Positions 59,961 through 64,000 of a stretch of 64,000 bases of DNA are shown here, piece after piece. The notes under the pieces were generated by a model. It worked only from the letters and a program-made list of their open reading frames with translations. It had not been told where the DNA came from and did no database searches. The DNA is from Macrostomum lignano (Eukaryota), in assembly GCA_002269645.1 (NCBI GenBank), contig NIVC01001438.1, forward strand, positions 120,327 to 184,326, in the 5' to 3' direction. Position 1 is the first letter of the stretch; every line of letters begins with the position of its first letter. The translations under genes and the position numbers were made by a program.

Positions 59961-60354
59961 TTTCACTCTCACCTATAATCCATTCACTCTCGTTCTCCAC
60001 TTAATTCTCTCTGTTTTTAAGCGGCCCGCCAGCCGAAGCAATAAACGAATGACTCCCAATCTCACTGCTGGCAAGAGGGTGTGTACCCAGCAATTACACT
60101 GCGGACTATTTGCACTGCAATTCCATCTCAATATTGGACTGACCCAATTGTCGGCCATTGACTGTAGAAAATATTTAGGGTAAAGCGGTACTCACTTTCA
60201 GGACACCCAGTTTGCACAACTAATATTTAAGTAATTGTATTGGACACTTGGAGCCGGGTTCCGCGCACTTCTGTGTCATCAGCTTTTCTCAATTTATTGT
60301 TTTTTACCACCTTATTTTCTGTGATCTCAGTGCCGTATTCTTTATTTCAGTCTC

Positions 60355-60680
60355 ATTTCCCCATCTCAATCCCATCTCAATCCCATTCTCAATCCAATCT
60401 CAAGCCAATCTCAATCCAATCTCAATCCCATCTCAATCCAATCTCAAGCCAATCTCAATCCCATCTCAGTCCCATCTCAACCAGGTCTCAACCCCATCTC
60501 AACCAGGTCTCAACCCCATCTCAACGAGTCTCAACCCATCTCAACCCAGTCTCAACCCAGTCTCAACCCAATCTTAACCCCATCTCAACCCAGTCTCAAC
60601 CCAGTCTCAACCCAGTCTCAACCCCATCTCAAAATCTTATTTCAATCAAATCCCATCTATTTCTCAGTCCCATCTCAAAT
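60355..60680. repeat. ~10-bp repeat (CCCATCTCAA)n
   Basis: Read directly from the sequence. Confidence 0.8.
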
Positions 60681-61279
60681 TCAATCCTTTTGGTGGTATT
60701 TTTTCGAGCTGTCCATCTTTCCAACTCATGTTATATCCATTGTAAGAGTTGAGTCTTGGTTTATGAATAAAACTGTACTCAATAATCCGCGTAATACACT
60801 ACTGTCATCAGAGAGTTTGGATATCCAGCCTCACCGCTAACAAGTCTGCGTTTCGTATAACTGCACTATGAATCTGCTTACAGCCCCATTACAAAAGGGG
60901 AAGAATTTCCCCATTAGGAAACATCTGCACACGAGCAGCATTATAGGCATGCGCGACCATGTGAGATCTATTAAAATTCCAACAATGATGGGAGAATTGA
61001 CCAGATGCGCGCATATGATGCAGGATCCAGATGGAAAGGAGCTGGGGCTGGTCGGGATTGGCACCATTGACAATGGGTTCCAATTTGGGCACTTGAGAAT
61101 TGAAGCTGAAACAGACAGATGGAGAGGGAATTGAAACAGGATCTTATCAAGGGGATATTTGCTCCCGGGTTCACCTGCAAATCGGTTTTTTTCACCGATT
61201 GTTATTCGCGGAGGCTGGCTTGTATGGACAGATGTGGAGCTGCGGAAGTATTGAGGAGATGGCCAGGGTGAGCTTAAGA

Positions 61280-61755
61280 TGGAGAGTGAAAGTGAGAGAG
61301 AGAGTGGCGGAGAGAATCAGAGAGAGAGTGAAAGTGACAGAGAGTGAGGGTGAGGGAGAGAGTGAGGGTGAGGGAGAGAGTGAGGGTGAGGGAGAGAGTG
61401 AGGGTGAGGGAGAGAATGAGGGTGAGGGAGAGAGTGACGGTGAGGGAGAGAGTGAGGGTGAGGGAGAGAATGAGGGTGAGGGAAGAGAGTGACGGTGAGG
61501 AGAGAATGAGGGTGAGGAGAGAGAGTGAGGGTGAGGGAGAGAGTGAGGGTGAGGGAGAGGGAGAGAGTGAGGGTGAGGGAGAGAATGAGGGTGAGGGAGA
61601 GAGTGAGGGTGAGGGAGAGAGTGAGGGTGAGGGAGAGAGTGAGGGTGAGGGAGAGAGTGACGGTGAGGGAGAGAGTGAGGGTGAGGGAGAGAGTGAGGGT
61701 GAGGGAGAGAGTGACGGTGAGGGAGAGAGTGAGGGTGAGGGAGAGAGTGAGGGCA
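61280..61755. repeat. GA-rich hexamer repeat (GAGGGT/GAGAGT)
   Basis: Read directly from the sequence. Confidence 0.9.
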
Positions 61756-62764
61756 AGGCAGAGAGGAGGGCGCAGAGCTGCAGAGGCCCGCCAGTCCGGA
61801 AGCGAGCGGGGCAGAGGACAGAATAGAAAAAGCGCTACAGAAGAGAGCCGTGCTGCCAATTCAGCCGGAGAGACAATGCAAACCTCAGAAAATGAGAAGT
61901 GAAAACCTGTATGCGATGGCGGAGAGAGCGAACGCGTGCCGATTATAATGCATTTTTGGCTTTGGGAAATTTTAGAATGAAGCTGATGATTTCTCCCTTC
62001 GCTGCAGTATGAATGGGGAATTTGCGGCGGCTGCTTGAGCAGAGAGCAGAAAAAAGCTCGCAGTCATTCGCGTCACGGCGCAGCGCGGGGGTGGTGTCGG
62101 TTTCGCAAAAAGCGGTCCCTGCGCCACCCCGGACAGACGGGTCGACAGGCAAATAGAAGCATCGGATCCATCTGCGTCTGCAGGATTTCTCTCCTCAGGC
62201 TTCCCCTTTTCCCACCCCGCAGGGAGGGGCCATGCCGAGATGTTTGCCAGCTCGAAATGCAGGGGTTTCGGGAGTCTGGGGATGCCTAGGCTGCCTCCAT
62301 CAGCTCCGTCTCGGGTCGGCTTGAGTCACGCTCCGCTCACACAGGAGAGGTCTGGAGCAAACAGAAATGCCGGGACAGGTTCGACAAGGCTGAGCGGGGG
62401 CTGGGGTGATTTGCTGGCTTCCCGTGTCATCCCCGATTTCTCTCTGAAAGTCTCTTCTCTGTCTGGCTGACAGATGAGACAGCAAAGTAAGCCACAGCCA
62501 CACCGGCTGAGTACTTATATTGCTTTTCTTCTCTACAGCAGAACAGCAAGCTGCCCCTCAGCTGGTATACTAAACTGAAATTCTTGCTGACAACCGAGAC
62601 GTCACACTGACAGAGTCGAGAGAGTGGTGCCCCGAGGCTTCAATCAAGGAGCTGGATTTCATTCAGCTGTGGGACATGTCAATATAAACAGAGAGACTGG
62701 CTGGCTGCTTTCTCGGTTCATGGTTTTAGGCTGTTTGCTGGGGTGCAAAGTCTAAGAATTCTAG

Positions 62765-64000
62765 CGATGATTGTGACCCTTGCACATTGCAGAGAGTGCT
62801 CCTACCGATGTTTGTGACCTTGCACATTGCAGAGAGTGGTCCTACCGATGATTGTGACCCTTGCACATTGCAGAGAGTGCTCTACCGATGATTGTGACCC
62901 TGCACATTGCAGAGAGTGCTCCTACCGATGATTGTGACCCTTGCACATTGCAGAGAGTGCTCCTACCGATGATTGTGACCCGTTGCACATTGGAGAGTGC
63001 TCCTACCGATGATTGTGACCCTTGCACATTGCAGAGAGTGCTCCTACCGATGATTGTGACCCTTGCACATTGCAGAGAGTGCTCCTACCGATGATTGTGA
63101 CCCTTGCACATTGCAGAGAGTGCCCTTACGATGAGTGTGGACCCTTGCACATTGCAGAGAGTGCTCCTACGATGATTGTGACCCTTGCACATTGCAGAGA
63201 GTGCTCCTACCGATGATTGTGACCCTTGCACATTGCAGAGAGTGCTCCTACCGATGATTGTGACCCTTGCACATTGCAGAGAGTGCTCCTACCGATGATT
63301 GTGACCTTGCACATTGCAGAGAGTGCTCCTACCGATGATTGTGACCCTTGCACATTGCAGAGAGTGCTCCTACCGATGATTGTGACCCTTGCACATTGCA
63401 GAGAGTGCTCCTACGATGATTGTGACCCTTGCACATTGCAGAGAGTGCTCCTACCGATGATTGTGACCCTTGCACATTGCAGAGAGTGCTCCTACCGATG
63501 ATTGTGACCCTTGCACATTGCAGAGAGTGCTCCTACCGATGATTTGTGACCCTTGCACATTGCAGAGAGTGCTCCTACCGGATGATTGTGACCTTGACAT
63601 TGCAGAGAGTGCTCCTACCGATGATTGTGACCCTTGCACATTGCAGAGAGTGCTCCTACCGATGATTGTGACCCTTGCACATTGCAGAGAGTGCTCCTAC
63701 CGATGATTGTGACCCTTGCACATTGCAGAGAGTGCTCCTACCGATGATTGTGACCCTTGCACATTGCAGAGAGTGCTCCTACGATGATTGTGACCCTTGC
63801 ACATTGCAGAGAGTGCTCCTACCGATGATTGTGACCCTTGCACATTGCAGAGAGTGCTCCTACCGATGATTGTGACCTTGCACATTGCAGAGAGTGCTCC
63901 TACGATGATTGTGACCCTTGCACATTGCAGAGAGTGCTCCTACGATGATTGTGACCCTTGCACATTGCAGAGAGTGCTCCTACCGATGATTGTGACCCTT
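62765..64000. repeat. 41-bp minisatellite running off the window end
   Basis: Unit GATGATTGTGACCCTTGCACATTGCAGAGAGTGCTCCTACC. Confidence 0.95.

Overview
Eukaryotic (animal) genomic DNA, most likely the flatworm Macrostomum lignano or a close relative: a 35-nt stretch at 16307-16341 matches the M. lignano spliced-leader exon as I recall it, and GC-rich exons sit in introns packed with minisatellites. Five spliced protein-coding genes were assembled by hand: TMEM145/GPR180-like (+), Tob (+), Lin28 (-), GAS2-like (-), and a CELF/Bruno-like gene (-) whose 5' exons were not found. Mobile DNA: a Ty3/Gypsy LTR retrotransposon with one LTR and a tRNA-Arg-type PBS; a MITE with ~250-bp TIRs and an 8-bp TSD; an inverted pair of Penelope-type hammerhead ribozymes; three foldback elements, two nested in a hAT MITE whose empty paralogue is also in the window; a tRNA-derived SINE family; and decayed non-LTR fragments. 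About a third of the window (~21 kb, hand estimate) is tandem repeat, and most long ORFs in the supplied track are artefacts of these repeats. The strongest leads are the genome-encoded SL exon followed by GT and a hairpin, the inverted hammerhead pair, and the nested foldback/hAT system. All calls are by eye; no searches were run.
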